A stretch of DNA of 64,000 nt from Sphaerodactylus townsendi (taxonomy: Eukaryota): positions 26,350,001 to 26,414,000 of the forward strand of contig NC_059439.1 in NCBI RefSeq assembly GCF_021028975.2, in the 5' to 3' direction. Of this stretch, positions 61,159-64,000 are shown one piece after another. Position 1 is the first letter of the stretch. Every line of letters begins with the position of its first letter. Made by a program: the position numbers and the translations under genes. The notes beneath the pieces are model-generated. The model was given only the letters and a program-made list of their open reading frames with translations. It was not told where the DNA came from and made no database searches.

Positions 61159-62934
61159 GTCAGGAAGGACATTTCTCCTAAAAACACTTCCTTCCAACTG
61201 AGTCTGGCAAGATGAAGAAGAAAGTATTTTCCTGCCTCAGTTTGAAAGCCGGTTTCTGAAAGGGTCGTGGTGGAGGAGGAGAACTTTCCAGATTTCTCTG
61301 CATTTCTCTGCTTGGCCCTTCTGGGGAAGACCGGAGCCTGAGATTTTGGGCCTTCCTGAGAATGTGGCCTCTGCCAATGCGGCTGCCGCGCAGCTTTTTC
61401 TCTGCAATCTGCTATTTATTCCCCAGCCTGCGGTCCCAGTTAACTGCAAACACATTTCTCCTCATCTGCAGCCTCCCGGTCCCCCACCCCCCCCACCCCC
61501 TCTCCCTTCCCAATGGCTTTTCCACCCGGTTCTGAAGACAAAAGGTCTGTCAGAAGCGCCCCCCCCCCCCCATTTCCCAAGTGATGCTGTCCAAGTTCCC
61601 TTGGCAGGCTGGGGTTTTTTTGGTGGGGGGGGGGGATTTGAGTTAAGGGAGAAATGAGAAAGAGGGAAACACAACAGCTGGCCAGCCATGCCTGGAGAAA
61701 TAGTGTCATTTGAGAAGGGTGGGAGGGGGGGAATGGGGAATTACAGTAGCCAAGTTAGCTGCCCCGTTACTCTCTCCTCTGCAACCTAATATTCTGTGCT
61801 AAAATTCATTTTTGCCTTTTTTTTGTGCCGTTAGCGAGGAGATCGGCTTCCCCTTTAAATTATTTGCATTTTTTAAAAGGATTATCCCATTATGCGTGAA
61901 TTCAGCTCTTTTTTTTTGGCTTTCCTTAAGCTGCTGTTCAGCATTCCTGGAGCTGTTTTTTTTGTGAACAAATTTATATTCAGAATCTGCAGGGGTTGAG
62001 GGAAATTAGTCGACACAGCAGAAGATACGAGAAGGAGCCTCGTCTCCTGCCACATTTCACTCTAATTTTCTTTCCCTTTGCAGGCCGCGTTCCTCTGCCC
62101 TGGCAGGCAGACTGGGACCTCATCTACGTTCCCTTGCCACGCTACTGTGGTGTAATGGTTAGAGGGTTGGACTAGGGCCTGGGAATCCGGGTTCATACTG
62201 GGTCAAGATGACCCACACATTACAAAAAGCACAGATTGGGTCCTAGGGCCCGGTTTGTGTCCTGTGTAACAGTCACACATGAGCTGTGAGTTGTCAATTC
62301 CCAGTAACATATTGCCTGATTTAGATGATGTTAGAAGAGGAAGAGTTTGGATTTATACCCCACCTTTCTCTTCTGTAAGGAGACTCAAAAGGGCTTACAA
62401 GCTCCTTTCCCTTCCTCTCCCCACAACAGAACACTTTTGAGGTAGCTGGGGCTGAGAGAACTGTGACGAGCCCAAGGTCACCCAGCAGACTTCATGCGTA
62501 GGAGTGGGGAAACAAATCCAGCTCATGTGGAGGAGTGAAAATCAAACCCAGTTCTCCAGATTAGAGTTCACTACTCTTAACCACTATGCCACACTGGACC
62601 AGTATGTTTGGCCCAGGTTGGATCAGGGTTGTTCTGTCCTGATTTGTTTTCATCAAAGGAGCAGCAGTGGCGTAGGAGGTTAAGAGCTCATGTATTCCAC
62701 TCCCCGGTGGAACCGGGTTTGATTCCCAGCTCTGCCGCCTGAGCTGTGGAGGCTTATCTGGGGAATTCAGATTAGCCTGTGCACTCCCACACACGCGCCA
62801 GCTGGGTGACCTTGGGCTAGTCACAGCTTCTCGGAGCTCTCTCAGCCCCACCTACCTCACAGGGTGTTTGTTGTGAGGGGGGAAGGGCAAGGAGATTGTC
62901 AGCCCCTTTGAGTCTCCTGCAGGAGAGAAAGGGA

Positions 62935-63102
62935 NNNNNNNNNNNNNNNNNNNNNNNNNNNNNNNNNNNNNNNNNNNNNNNNNNNNNNNNNNNNNNNNNN
63001 NNNNNNNNNNNNNNNNNNNNNNNNNNNNNNNNNNNNNNNNNNNNNNNNNNNNNNNNNNNNNNNNNNNNNNNNNNNNNNNNNNNNNNNNNNNNNNNNNNNN
63101 NN
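62935..63102. other. Assembly gap
   Basis: Run of N. Confidence 1.
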
Positions 63103-63977
63103 ACTGTGGGGAACTTGATATCAACTGTGGGGAACCTAATTCTGCAGGGATCTATTTGGATTCGATCTGCAGCACCAGAGAGGAGAGATCTCTGTCTCCC
63201 TCCTGTGCTGTTTTCTCCAGCCGAAAGGGTCCATTTTTCTTTTTGCCCTGGTGACACACAGTCTTGCATTGGGGCAAAAGTGCCCACCTAGAGCCAACTT
63301 GTCTCAAGAAAACCAGATGGGAGCGGGTTGGAGGCAAAGGCCCCATTTCCCCTGGTTTTGTGATGCTGTTGTGAATTGGCCCTGCGGCATTTAGCGAAAA
63401 AGGTTCTTCTCAGCTGCTGGTAGCAGGAGAGGGAAAACAAGTCAGATTATGGGAAGTCCAACCCAAATCATGGTCAAGCATATCATGTAGCTGAGACCTG
63501 TGGTACCCTGTTTCCCCTAATATAAGACATCCCTGAAAAATAAGACATAGTAGAGGTTTTGCTGAAGTGCGAAATATAAGGCATCCCCCGAAAGTAAGAC
63601 GTAGCCAAGTTTTTGTTTGGAAGCATGCCCGTCGAACAGAACACAGGAAAAATAAGACATCCCCTGAAAATAAGACATAGCACATCTTTGGGAGCAAAAA
63701 TTAATATAAGACACTGTCTTATATTCGGGGAAACACGGTATTTGTGGAGAAGGAGGTTTGACCTACATAGCACCATTTTTCCTGACCTGCAGTAGCCTCA
63801 GGGATGTGCTGTTTGCCCCTTGGGGAAAACCTTTCACCTGGTAGTGCTGCCTATGGAACGTCTCACTACCTAAGTAACTGAGGAGTTCCCAACAATATTT
63901 TTCTTTCTAAAACGTTTCTTTCTTGTGGTGTTCGTGCAGTCTCACCCCTGACACCTGTTCTTTCTGCAGGTGATACC

Positions 63978-64000
63978 ATGTCGGTTATATACAGTGAAGT
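63978..64000 (+). CDS. Possible start of an unidentified gene (MSVIYSE...), truncated by the window edge
   Basis: Acceptor TGTTCTTTCTGCAG followed by ACCATG; too short to identify. Confidence 0.3.

Overview
Vertebrate genomic DNA, very likely a gecko-type squamate (inferred from abundant tRNA-derived Squam3/MIR-like and Sauria-type SINEs, CR1/L2 fragments, SPIN and other hAT MITEs, Penelope pieces); three assembly gaps. Exon structures were reconstructed by hand from splice sites and reading phase. In order: the first coding exon and CpG promoter of a minus-strand gene leaving the window (possibly TUFM); an 11-exon RABEP2 (-) that appears to lack the usual C-terminal segment; a 7-exon minus-strand gene predicted to encode a ~289-aa secreted protein (signal peptide, CD99-like acidic exon, stand-alone integrin alphaM/alphaX-type I domain with intact MIDAS, Pro-rich linker, Cys-flanked coiled coil; no beta-propeller, legs or TM), which is the most interesting item; a divergently transcribed 11-exon ACP4-like histidine acid phosphatase (+); IMP3 (-) with one coding exon; and probably the 5' part of an unidentified plus-strand gene at the right edge. 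Penelope-derived inverted repeats carry minimal hammerhead ribozyme motifs. Protein-family comparisons are from memory, not database searches.
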